This document shows positions 31,885 through 49,255 of a stretch of DNA of 64,000 nucleotides, piece by piece. The stretch lies in contig NC_081333.1 of the NCBI RefSeq assembly GCF_022539665.2, positions 12,710,001 through 12,774,000 of the forward strand. Reading direction: 5' to 3'. Made by a program: the position numbers and the translations under genes. The notes under the pieces are model-generated. The model did no database searches. It had not been told where the DNA came from and saw nothing but the letters and a program-made list of their open reading frames with translations. Every line of letters starts with the position of its first letter. The stretch's first letter is position 1. The DNA comes from Daphnia carinata. Lineage: Eukaryota.

Positions 31885-34306
31885 ATCGGGCTGAAAAGAC
31901 ACTTGAGATTCTACGTCGTTTGTACTTCTATATATGCACGTTCAATCTCTCGTTCTTCCTGTACACAGTGGCAAGTATTTTAGACCGATTGCTCAAAAAC
32001 TCGCCTTTAGCAGCAGCACATTGCGGATAGATACGGTACATACATCTACCTCCACGCAGCAGCACTCTATTTAAGTGATTGCCTCTCTTTTTTTTTTTTG
32101 TCGATCGACGTACACTGTCGGGCTGGTTGATATATTAGTCTATCTCGTAAGGTATACACCAACCCACCTTTTTTTTTCGATTCTAACCTGTTCTCTTTTT
32201 TATTCGTGGATTTTTCCTGTTGTTTCCCTCTTTTTTTTCCCCCGCATCTTCAAATGATTTTGGGTTGAGATCTTTATACGTTGAAACGTGCGCCCTACTA
32301 AATAAAAAAAAAAAGGCAGCAAATCTTTTTCGCATTTATTTTGAATGGATTGCTATCCATGTTATGTAAAAAACGACTCACGGCCGGAGATCTTTGGAAA
32401 GAGGCATTTTTTTCTTCAGTTTTGTACGAAGATCATTTTCTTTTTCTTTGTTGCCTTTTGTAGAAGAAAAAAATGGATCAAAAAATACGTAGGCTCGGAA
32501 TCAATCGACCAACTTGTGTTGTGTCATGCTGCGACATGCGTCAAAGACCGAACGCATTTCTATCCGCTGCCATCGTTGAAAATCTATTCAGTGAATCCAT
32601 CGAATCATCTTCATCTTTTTCCCTCTCCAATGGCCGACGATGCTGGTGCTGTCGTGTTCGTCTACAACGAAAGTAAAAAGAAGCGACAAAGAGAGAGAGA
32701 GATCCAGCAAAAGAAGAAGCAAAAAAAAAAAAAAAAAAAAAAGTTCTTAATCAAAAAGCCATCGATCCTAATGTGAGCTGCTTCACTGTCGAGTGGGTGA
32801 TGTTAGTATCTATACAAGGCTATATATCGAATCGATCGCCTCTTCTTGTTCGTTGGCAGCGGCTACCGACCGACCACAGCTCATCCATTCCAATCAGCGC
32901 TGACGAATAGAAACGAGGAAAAAAAAGATCGCAAGATGCACATTGTGCGCCATTCCTAGAGGCTATGTATTTATATATATAAGTTTATAACATATGTATA
33001 CGTTTCGATAGGGCTTTGCTAAAAAGCTATTGCAGCAATTTGATCGGCCAAGAATATCTTGGTTAAGTTAACATATTGTGTCATTCTATCTCTTAACTGG
33101 ATAGGCCATCCTGTTAAAACTGTATTGAATGCCCTTTATTATGTCTAGGTAAGTTGCGATGGCTGTCATGTTGCTCTAACAAACTCGAAAGCTAATTGGC
33201 CTGCGTTAAACGATCCGTCAAAGCGTCTCCAAACTGCGTCGTTTGAGTTTATTGCCAGGGTGTATTGAAAGAGCGACGAATTACGAAACTTTGTGTAACG
33301 ACAAAAGTGCGCAGCGTACTCGTCACTTTGCTCGATGATCCGCGAAAAGGAAGAAAAAGGAGCCGATGATTGGAGAAATCTGGAGAATGCCGTCCGCAAG
33401 ATTGACATCAGTTTTTGTCGTTGTTTGCGATTTCACAGACGAAACGAAGCAGCAACTGCAAACGAGCAGCCCCCTTCCAAAAAAGAAAACGGAAGAAAAA
33501 ATCAACAAGAAGAAAAACAGGGAGAAAAGAGAGAACAGGAGGGTTTGGCTTTTGCTTGTTGGACCAATGCCGATTGAGAGGGGGACGACGCCAAGTGGCC
33601 CGATTGGTTGAAAGAATCTGTTCCGGTTGCGGCATCATCGTGCACGATATTGACTAGATACTATAGCACACATATCCCTTCTCATTCTAAAGCATCTAGA
33701 TCGGTGCTGGCGCGCACACACAACAAGCGATCGTCAAGTAGAAAGGCCCCCCCCCCAAAAAAAAAAAAAACAAACAAACTGGGTGAACCGCCGTGAACGC
33801 GATCTGCGCAGTTTTGTCTAGCGGCTGCTCTTGGCCCATCTGCTAGTAAGTGTGTGTGTGTGTGGCTATGTGCAAGGAGGCAATCAACTCACCTCCTCCC
33901 CCTTTTCGGTCGCTCCCAAAGTGCAGCTGAAATTGCTATCCAATAGAGTTCTTCTTCTTTTTTTTCCGTCCCCACCCCTCGTATCATCGAAACTTGTCCA
34001 TCCACCTCCATTGCTTATTACATAGTCGTCGATCGTCCGTCTCTGGCGGATCTTCTTCTTCCTTTTTTTTTTTGGTTGTTGTTCATTCTTTGGCAGCCGC
34101 TTGGGTTAGCGAGCAAAAAACGATCGTCACTTGACGTCTACCTACCAAGTGAAACGGACATTGTTCGATTGTGGTTCTTCACTGATTTGTTTAAAACTCT
34201 TAAAGAAAAAACATTGTGCGTGAAACACACGAAAGAAACAAGCAGTGGCAGTGTGTTGCAGTCACGTCAACGTGAACGACACGTTAAGAACTGAAAAAAA
34301 TACACG

Positions 34307-38914
<4,608 letters not shown>

Positions 38915-41900
38915 TTGGCTTACACGCACTCACGTTCAAATAGGAAATGTCCTGAACATGTTCCTGAATTTTAAGAAAGGCCCGAATTCTATTCTTATTT
39001 TTCTTTTTTTTTTGGAGGGGTTTGACGAGGAGAAACGGATCGTCAGCGACGCGTGTCCCATCAGACGATAGTTGTCTACTTGGACTTTCAATGCCCATCT
39101 CTTTTTTATTTATTTAATAGTCATTTGTATTGTTTTATTCCCATTTTGGTTGTTTATTGAAAAAAAAAAAACAAATAATGAGCTTTGATTTATTCCGTGG
39201 ATTTGTATGTCAATCAAAGTCATTGAATCGCTTTCCTTTCCACGTCCCTGTACTTGTAATGTTTTGTATTATGAATGACAATAACATAGCCGTTTTGTTT
39301 GCGTGTGTGTCTGTGTGCTCAGCTGTTGGGTGTTTTTTTTTTTTTTTTTGATTCAATGATTTTTCGTTTTGATTTCATCTACTCTGTTGTGCTATATCGG
39401 TTGCAATCGTCTCGTCTCTTTTCCACATTTTCGACGTGTTTTGTTGGCTGTTTTTTTTTTTCTTTCCCTCTCTTCGCCATGGCTCTGCTACTTAAACACA
39501 TGTCATTGTTAATATATCGCGTGTCTATAAACACCCTCGCATTATAATACTGGCCATGAGAAACAATTAAACAAACGAAACTCACATTTCATTCTATCGA
39601 TTTCAAAAACACAAAAGCCAAAAACACAAAGAGCCAATCAATTTGACGTTGTGAGTTTACGAGTTTACAAGGACAGCGACGTGTGTCCACACGTAATTAG
39701 ATTGGATGTAAATGAAACAATCAAATAACCAAACTCATTTTCCACAACGACGGTAAATGGAGGGCGGCACGCTCGGATGCCCTTTTTTCTCCGACGAATT
39801 ATCGCCGCCATTATCCGCCGTTGATTGAGGAGGGTGGACTGTCCCAAAGATATCCGATCGCGAATAGACTCTAGTATATAACATACATTGTCTATACGTA
39901 TCTTTTTTCTATAAATAAAACGGGTGCATAAACAGACGAGAGAGAGAGAGATAGTTTCGCCCTGCATTTGTACAAGAGGAACTTGGTGAGCAGAAAGCAG
40001 AGAATAATGAAGTTGAAAGCCATCGGGGGCTTTGCGCCGCCAATTCCAACTGCACACTAACCTCGTCTCTTTGTTGCCTAGCGTCTGTTTGTGTATTGGG
40101 CTGTAGACGTCTCTATAACTCGCTATTATCGAGTCCTTTTTTTTATTTTCAAGAGAGAGGTAAAAGAGGAGGGTAGAACGAAGAAGAGTGTCGCATGATA
40201 ATGCGACTGTCAAAGCCGCACCCGCTCACGTCCCCTCTTTCTGCTCGTTGTCGCCCTCCCCTCTTTCTCTTGACGTAATGGCTCTTTCAAACGCCATTCC
40301 CCGAGGAGTCATCAGACGGGCATTGCACGAGCCAGCCAAAGAGAGAAACAAACAAAAAATAAAAGGCAATGCTCAACTATAAAAGAGGCTATTGGGACTG
40401 GACTCCTACCGCCCTCGAGTACAGCGCAAAAAGAATTTCATTTGATTTGTTCTACCTGTAAATGATTTCCGTTGAAGTTTCCAGTGCTGAACGAAAGGGA
40501 TCGAGAGAAAACATGCAAAATCGGCGATTCAAAAAGAGAATAAGAAATGGATGGCCGTCATCGAGTTTGCGGGCCACCACAGAAACCCCCCCCCCTCCAC
40601 CCGCCGTACGGGATTTGTGGGATATCAACTTTCATTGAACAGCAGCCAACGTCTCTCTTCATCCGGTCTATCCGGAATAGGGAGTTCTATTCCGTCCTCC
40701 CCCCCCCATCAACCTTCCCTTCGTAGAATAGAAAGACACAAAGCGAAGGGCATAAACGATGTTGTCTTGTCACACAGCAGGGCGCCCCCCAAAATGCAGT
40801 GGAAAGATGCTAGTCTATAAAAGTATGCTTTCCCTTTTGACGTAGTTATATAATGGGTTGTGTTTAATAACATATTGGTGGCATCTGTTGTGTGTTCGTA
40901 ATCTCCCCTACCCTGACTCTACATCTCTCTTTTTTTTTTTTAACCGCTTGATTTGAAAGGCCTCAGTTGAGTCATCGTTGACTGCGACACTCGAGTTGTT
41001 ATAAACCTGATGTTTGTATCTGTTAATTTTTATTGATTTGACTTTTTCTTACAAGTCATAAACCGAGGTAAAAGAAAAACGAAGATTCAATGACGTATGA
41101 TGAGCCTTAAGGGCTCATTAGGTTTTAAGAGGCAGAGTGAGCAAATAACGCCCCCTGCTGTTTTTCTTACACATTTGCAAATGTTTTACGTCATTCAAAG
41201 TTGATCTTTCTTCAGTTGCAGTTATCAAAAGTCGTGCACTTGTGAATCTATTTGCTGTGTAGCAACTCAAAGGCGATGAACAGTTCAACATCGACACACG
41301 TTGGATTCAGATAAGTCGAGTCTTATTATTCCCTTCGTTTCAGCTTTGTGTTGTGCCTATTCCAAAAAAAAAAAAAAGTACTTGATTTTTTTTTATAGAA
41401 GGGCAGTTTCTTTTTTTCAAAAGGCGAGATAGATCGATTTCGTTTGAAATAGAATATTGTTTGGCTCACTGTCTCGGACTACATACATTTAGGAGTTAAA
41501 AAAAAGAAAGCCGTTTAGATTGCAAAGAAAAGAACGGTGTATCTCTTTTATAGCCTATATCCAACAGTGTCTAAACGAAGAATTTATCGATTTTGGTCGA
41601 TGTCGATCGGTGTCGAGGGAAATGAGTAAAAAGGAAGCCATCAGCGTGGGCAACCCGTCCGGTAAAGTAATATAAGTAGCCAGCCTATTTTTTTTTTTTT
41701 TTTTTTCTTTCGTGTATCTTTTCCTTTTTGCGTTGGTTTATATACTTGTGTCCCTGGTCTTGTTTTGTGGGGATGATATCCAGCCGTTTTTCCCGGATGG
41801 TTGTTAGGGAGGAGTTTATGTATCTCTGTTTAAAAAAAAAAAAAGAAAGATGAAAACAGTGGGCGGCTGAGAGCCATTCCTTGTCTGGGCCAGTAGGGGC

Positions 41901-44900
41901 CAGCAGAGATAACCAGCGTTATATAGGCTACTTACTGCGCTAGTCTATGTCGAAAAATAAAAGAGAATCGAAAAAAAGAAAGAAAGAGGAAGTAGATATA
42001 TATCTATACATCATCTCTAAACGAACGGGGCCCGCCGACTCTATCTGCTTCGCCTTTGGGGACCAATCCTTTTTGTGTGATCTATGGATGTAGACTTTCT
42101 GTCTCTTCCATTGCTCTATTGCTGCGTTCAATATGCCCGTCTATCTTGGCCAGCCTTTTTTTTTTTACCATCCTAGTCTCCTGACGTTCATTTTCTTGTT
42201 TTATTTGATTGAGTTATTAATCATTTGATTGGGCCCTTTTTATCGTCTTTCGGATGGCGAATTCTCATTTTCTAATGACAGTTTTACTCGATGCTTTTTC
42301 AAAAGTAGCCAAAGTCACGAAAACGAAAATAGATGCCGACGGGAAATGAAGGCGAAGAAGGCCATCAAGAGAGAGAGGATGTAAAATATGAAGGCCTATT
42401 AAGGGACCGAATGGAGAAACGAATAGGCAACAAAAGCGAAATGATACGACGACACAGTATACACACTCGACGGACGATGTGTGTATCATATTTTCTCAAT
42501 TAATTAGCGAGAGCTTAGCGGCTTTTAACGGAGACGGGTGGGTAACGAGAACGAGCATGAGCGACGATGATAATAATTACCTACAGACAAAATGGACGTC
42601 GTTGGGGCGCTTTGCATAGAGCGTATAGAAAACCGAGTGGGCAAAAGGATTGTCGTGCACACGCAGGGAGGTTGAATGCGTCGTACGAAACGCGAGCGCA
42701 TTAATTGTTCTTGCCGTCTGTTGACAGATGGCCTTTTACACGCACGCACGGGACATTAGTCTGTCATCATAAACGGGACGAGTGGGTCGCAGGTCGTCGT
42801 TTTGTGTATGCGTTTTTTTGATGAAAGTGAGATGCATAATAGACATGATGAATTGAGCAATCGTGCGACACAGGAAATTCAGGTCCACTTTGAGTAATGA
42901 ATCATTTCTCTTTAATTTTTTTTTTTTTTTTTTTCGACGTTTTGGGCCTGTACCAGAAGCTCCGGATTGGAATCTTGTTTTGTTTATCTTTTGAGTACCC
43001 GGAGGCTGTGTGTAGGGGTCGAGTCTCGTTTCGCTTATTGATTCATTCAACCTCGTCCTATGACGTAACTCACAGATCCTCTTTATTTCGGTGCATGTGT
43101 GGTGTACGTCCCTGATCGACAGTCGAATGTTGTTTCATTCAGCCGAGTAGAAAAAACAACAAAATAATCGGCTTATACGCATACTTACCAGATGCGGCCG
43201 GCAAGAAACTTGTTCTTTTCCGGGATAGCGGGGGTGGAGGAGTAAAAATGTCAGCGGCGCATTCGCCGTCTTTTTTTAATGTCCTTTCATATTGAAATAA
43301 TTCGTATTTGCATTGATCATTTCGTTCCCATTCTCTGGGTTTATTCTCTCGAGTGCCTTACTTTACACCTTTCTATATGTCTCATTACGATTACACGGCA
43401 GCAATAGATGATGACTTTGTGCTGTTCGTGCAGCCCGTCTATTACATAGTTCTAGTCCTCGCTTTTCTAACTACATAATCCATGAGACAAGACGAGAGTC
43501 GCAACGAAAAGAGGAAGCCTATTTAGTCGTTGATCTCTAATCAAAGCTGCTGGCTAGTTGTAATCAGATTACTTGGCAACCCTCCCCACTGAAGAGGGCG
43601 GGGCTGTAGGACGGGCCAAAAAAACAAAAAAAAAAGAAACGATTTGTACAGAACTAGTTGTGGTTACGTGCCTTGCCCTCTTATTAATGATTCCCCCTGT
43701 CCCCTGCTGATTCCACCTGGACCGGCGTTCGCGTTTTTCCCCGTCGAACGAGATTTGAGCCCAGATTAAGTCATCGTTGAGCGACGTGATGTTAATACCA
43801 TCAACTATATAGCTGTGGATTAGTTATAGAGTCAGTCAAAATATATGCCCCCCCCCCCCGTCTGTGTAGCGTGCGCAGTTGTTTGCTATCAAAGCTGAGA
43901 AAAATGCTTGATACACGTATGTTTACTGGCCTCAAGGTCCAATTTTTGATCCACTTCTCAGCTGATTATCGAGCGACATTGATTGCTCGCTTTTTTTTTT
44001 AATTTATTGTCTGATTTGAATATGCGTTACGTTTTCGATTCGTGTTGCTGCGCTGGCGTATTTCTAAATCCGCATGTAATACCCCGAACGTTTCTTATTT
44101 ACAAGGTAACAGGTAAATGAACACATTTCAATGTACACATACTAACCTGATAAAGTCAATCATCAAATTGACATTTACCAGCCGTTATTTACAAGTCCTT
44201 TTTTTTCTTATCAGACTGGGGAAAATTTCAGTTTTTTTTTTTCGCATCGTCATCTCATGTCTATCCTTGTTTTCTGCTTAATAAAACGTAAGGTAAACAA
44301 AACAAAAAAAAAAGAATGTTGAAATCTGAGCTGTTGTCGTTTACGTTCGCTTGTTGGCTAATAGACTTTTACTTGTATTCGAGTCCCAGTTAACTAAGGC
44401 GAACGCATTGAAGGTGAATGAGCCAAAGTTGTCAGCCGTGAAATGAAAGACTTGTCCAAATCGTCTCACTGCTCTCGTCCATGAAATCAAAATAGAAGAA
44501 CATAGTTCGTAGTTTTCTTATACGCAGTAGATTTTTTTTTTATTTTTTCCGACACCCACACAACCGTAACGGAGACCAATCTCGGCTGAGTTTGATGCCA
44601 CAACGATGACATCTCAATCCCCTTTTCTTCGCTCCCTTTTTCCAAAACGTATCCTGTAGTTTCAAGCTAATGCAATATTTGATTCCGCCGTTAGACGCCT
44701 ACTATGCGGTTGGTTGAATGAGATGATTGTCGAGACGGCCTTTTGTGATCTCTTATTCGATTGCGTTTTGGTGTTAACATCACTCTCCGGCTTTACCAAT
44801 CGATAATGAAATCCACCCACTGTGTAAAAGGTTTTTTTACGTCAGAAGAGAAAATTCTTTTGAGTCGCTACGTGTCACGCCATGTGTCATTACCGTAATC

Positions 44901-47900
44901 CATGACATGATCGTTCTGTAAAGGTGCCAACGACATCATCACCGCCCGATAACATCCCCATGTGTATATCGTCATAACCCAGCATAAATACTCGGTTACA
45001 GTAGAAGGCCATAACCTTTTTCGTTTTTTTAAACCTTATGCGCGTAGGATGCATTTGAATGTGGTTAAGGTTCGTTTTGGATAGTAGGCGATATTTATTT
45101 TATTTGAAATGCTTTTTTTTTTCTTGTTTGCTTTTTGGCCTGTTGTCAACACGGTTGAATTATTTATAGATGTCTTGACTCTTTAGACTTTTCCAGTGTT
45201 TTAATGGAGTGAACGCATATAGTCTGAGTATATGCAGACCGAACCCTTTTATGGGGTTCTTTTTCTGGCAGGCTTTACGGTTGAACCCTGAAGAAATAGT
45301 CAACATAAGGCAGATGCCAAAAAAGAAGAAAACAGATTCAACTGAGAAAGAAAAAAAAACGTATATAAATAATAAAAAAAAAAGGCTAAAGCGGCTTACA
45401 ACTTTGCATATGTGCTGTCAATGGAGAGCAAAAGGGAACAAAAAAAAAAGCCTTCAATTTCATTTCATCCTTTTTTTTTTTTTTTTCCTTTATGTTGCAC
45501 ATAGATGGTTCACGCTCTACTTTGCACTATCAATAATGCGCACTCCTTTTTTTTTCTGCCTCTTTATGTTTTTTTTGTTTTTTTTTTTGACATTTTTCTT
45601 AGTGGACTAGTCTCTTCTCAAAACAAAATGCACCCTACACATCTACTCCGTGATGTACATGCGCGTGTCTGGTGCAGTTTACGGAAAACCTTCCTTTACC
45701 AAATGTGACCGATGCACTTTGTTCTTTATTCGCGGACCTATTTTGTTGCACGTAGCAATCTTTTCTGGTCTATATAGTTGAGCATACTTGATGGCACTCG
45801 ACGGTATTGCACCTTTCAAGTTCCACCCGCAGTTTTGAATAATTCTCGGTCCGAGTTCCTTGGAAACCCTGAGAGCCTACACAGTCTCATGGATGAACAA
45901 GTCTAAAAATGAATATTCACATTGAAAAGTTGACATGTTGAAAAACTTTGCCGGAACGAGTCGGTTTTAGCTGGTATGGGTTGGCTTTTTTAGATTGCTT
46001 GCGTCTATGTGTTCATGGGTCCAGTCTTGCATCTACGTAATCTTCAATGTTACACAAAAAAAAACCACGAAAGGGGGGCGGAGACAGTGGCAATACCAAA
46101 GTCCTGGCCTGAAAAATGTGAAGAGATTACGTTTATCTCCAAAGTTTTTATATACTAGTTTGATATTGCGTATCAAGGATCAACCTGTGATTTAAAAAAA
46201 AAAGCTAGCCTACTAAACACTTCCGAGAGAAGAGGGCCTGCACTCTACAGAATCCATTATGAATTTATAGCTTATTGAAGTGTATAAGCATCTGTCCTTT
46301 CCAGTTTTCAGACATATAATCAAGAGAAGTAATAAAGCTGATTGATCAGCATCTTACCCCACGTGATCTTGTCTAACGAGCGACAACTCCATTGATGCGT
46401 GTCTTTATGTAATAGGACGTAACACGTTTCAAATTTATTTGCCAATCCACTTCGCGTCTATGGGGCGAGGTTAGAAGCGGATCAGACAGCGTGTAATTGG
46501 GGCCGGTCATTTTTAGCCATCGTTTTGTTTTTACTGCGATAGGAGGTGAATACAAAAGGAAAAAACGGGGATGCAACCATTGAGCCTTTTATTCCCAAAG
46601 TCCGAGCAGCTGGTGCAGTTAATCGCGGTTAATCGCTCCCTCATGTTGTTCTTACTTACGTATGTATAGAATGAGAGATTGCACTGGAGTGAGCGGGTCG
46701 TGCTTATGTGGCCTATTGTCGACTATATGCAATGGACAAGTTTCCCATTGTTTTTGTTTCTTTTCCAACCCTATTATCCGACTACACATTCACTACCCCC
46801 AATCACGCACGGCCTGTTGAGAGCTAGAGCATATGGGGCAATCATTGGCCGCTTCATTGGACGGGCACAATAGACGCGCAATAGTCAGGCTAGATACGTT
46901 TAGACGATACCCTCATCGTCTCGCAATTGCTGGATCCGCCCATGCCCTTCCAGATCTCCTCCTCCTTCAGCTGCCGCCGCCGCCGCCGCAAGTTATTCAA
47001 TCCACGCCAACCATCTTGGCTATTCTTGTTGTATAAGGTGCCGCCTTTCTTCGATACATTTCTCTTCCGATTCTCACATCATCGTCGACCTTTTTTGTGA
47101 GTGCCGTTTTTTTTTTTTTTTTTTTTTAAGGCTCTTCTAAAGAAACTTACCGAGAAAAGGAACACTTGATGCGGATAGCGAGCAAATGTCACTCTGACTT
47201 AAAATACGCTTCAATAAGCTGTGATGCGCACTCGATCGGGTTTTTCCGATATCGGAGATCTTTTTATTGAAAAAAAAAGGGCGATGAAAAGTCTTGTTTG
47301 ATTTTGAAGAAAAAAAAATGCCGCCCGTTTTTAAATTCTATTTCAAAAATAAAACGCATCCGCATGTTATTCTTTTTATAGGGGCGTTGGGTCACTGCGC
47401 ATGTAACACAGTTGACTTGGCTGCTGATTGCGCTACGCATGGGCTGATGAGCATTTCAATTGTGTACAGCCAATAGCCCCCCCCCCCCAAACATTTTGTT
47501 GTTTTTTTTTATTCGGTTTTGTGTATTCGACCCACTCTCAGACACTTGATCGCTTGTCAATCAAAGAGAGAGAGAGAAAAAAAAAGCCGATCGTTCCGTC
47601 TGATTTAATACAACCATTTTATTTTTCCTCCTCCGTTTTTTTTTTGTTTCCATGTCGTAGATTTTTTTTTTATCGGCTGTTTAGAATATTTCGTTTCGTG
47701 GCGTGATCGTCCATATCCGTGTACACTCACTGAGGAGGCCTCGCTATTGGATCTCGATAGTAAACGTTGTGTACCATGGAATTAAGAATTGCTTCAAAGA
47801 TATAATAGATTTATCTATTGCGCTGTTGTTTGCTCAGGGCTCAATCAATCGTTTATTCTTTTTCGGTTATTCCCATATTTTTGAATGACGTGTTAACACC

Positions 47901-48760
47901 CTTCTCGTGATACCAACTATTTTGTAATAAGGCTTTGCATACGAATAGCCGAAATGCACTTGAGGCTATTTGTTTTTATCGCTGGACCGGTCGCAGATGA
48001 TTCGATCGTGACTTGCAATAACGCCACTTCCTAAGTATATTGGCTCATCAACGCTGATGTTGACTTAATGTTTTCGTTGACGGACAGGACGCTTAACATA
48101 TACAGCCACTGTCCTGTTTCTCTGATTATTTCACTGTGTGTGTGCACTGCCATGTTAGATACCGATGGGCTTTTCCGTCCCACTGTGCTTGACCTTTTTG
48201 GGGCTGCTCGCATTATCACCATCAAAAATGTCTGCTTGTCACATGTGGCTGGCTAGCTCACACTGAAACAAATTAAATGCGTATACTGTTTGGTTTCTTT
48301 GACTGATGATGTTCCCCTATATATATATATATGTAGTAGATGGGCGACTAACGACGTATGGGTCGGCTGAGTGCGTCGTAATCGGACGAGCTATTCTGCC
48401 GAGCAGGGGGGAGGCGGCTGACGAGTTGAGATGGCGGGAAAAGGGCCACTTCAAACAGGATATATGCGGCCGATTGATAACGATAATATCCTGTTCTAGC
48501 TTGCTCCTATACACAAGGACTTCTAACACGTTGGCTACATCACAACACACATACGCATTTTTGTTTCATTACGAAAAGAGACGATACAGAACGAACTGCT
48601 CTGCATAACGTTATTAGCCAATGTGTCCTCATCGCGTATAGTCACTCGTGAAACGCGTAACGTGATCTGTATTTGAAAAAGATTTCACGACGTTGGGTCT
48701 TGTCCGACACTTGTTTGTTTGCTGCATCTCTTTTTCTTTTACGTCCTCCAGCTCATTTCC

Positions 48761-49224
48761 ATGTTAACAATGGCCAGCAAGTCGTTTACCATCGATCACA
48801 TTCTTCACGGTCATTCTACCACCGATTCAGAGGCTTCCGTCGGCGAAACTGTTTATCCTCAGTCGCAACATTACGTTCCTTATTGGGCGGGTGATTCTTA
48901 TTGCCCGTCGTCCAGTTGGCCCGTTCAGAATCCAATGTCTGCGGCCCTTTGGCTGCCTCAACAAGGACAACCACATCACGCTATGCCCGTCGATCTTTCA
49001 ACAGGAACTCAACGTCTGTCTCACCTGCAAACGAATTCAGAGGCGGCAACGCCAAACCTGACGCCTCAATCGTCCATGTTCAACGGCAGCAGCAATTGGA
49101 TGATTCCGTCGGCGGCCATGGCCGGATGTTGGACAAGCACAAGCAGCCCTGAACTCTTGTCTTATTCCCATCACCACGGTATTTTTGCGTCTTTCTTTCT
49201 CACGAAATCTCCCCAAGCCTGTTG

Positions 49225-49255
<31 letters not shown>

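Noticed and set aside
33651..33710. tgactagat, resembling the miR-279/996 5' end
   Set aside because: No complementary arm forming a pre-miRNA hairpin; similarity is limited to the seed.
15189..34294. Numerous 60-180 aa ORFs in intergenic DNA
   Set aside because: Rich in poly-Phe/poly-Lys from T/A runs, many with non-ATG starts and no recognisable domains; consistent with non-coding DNA.
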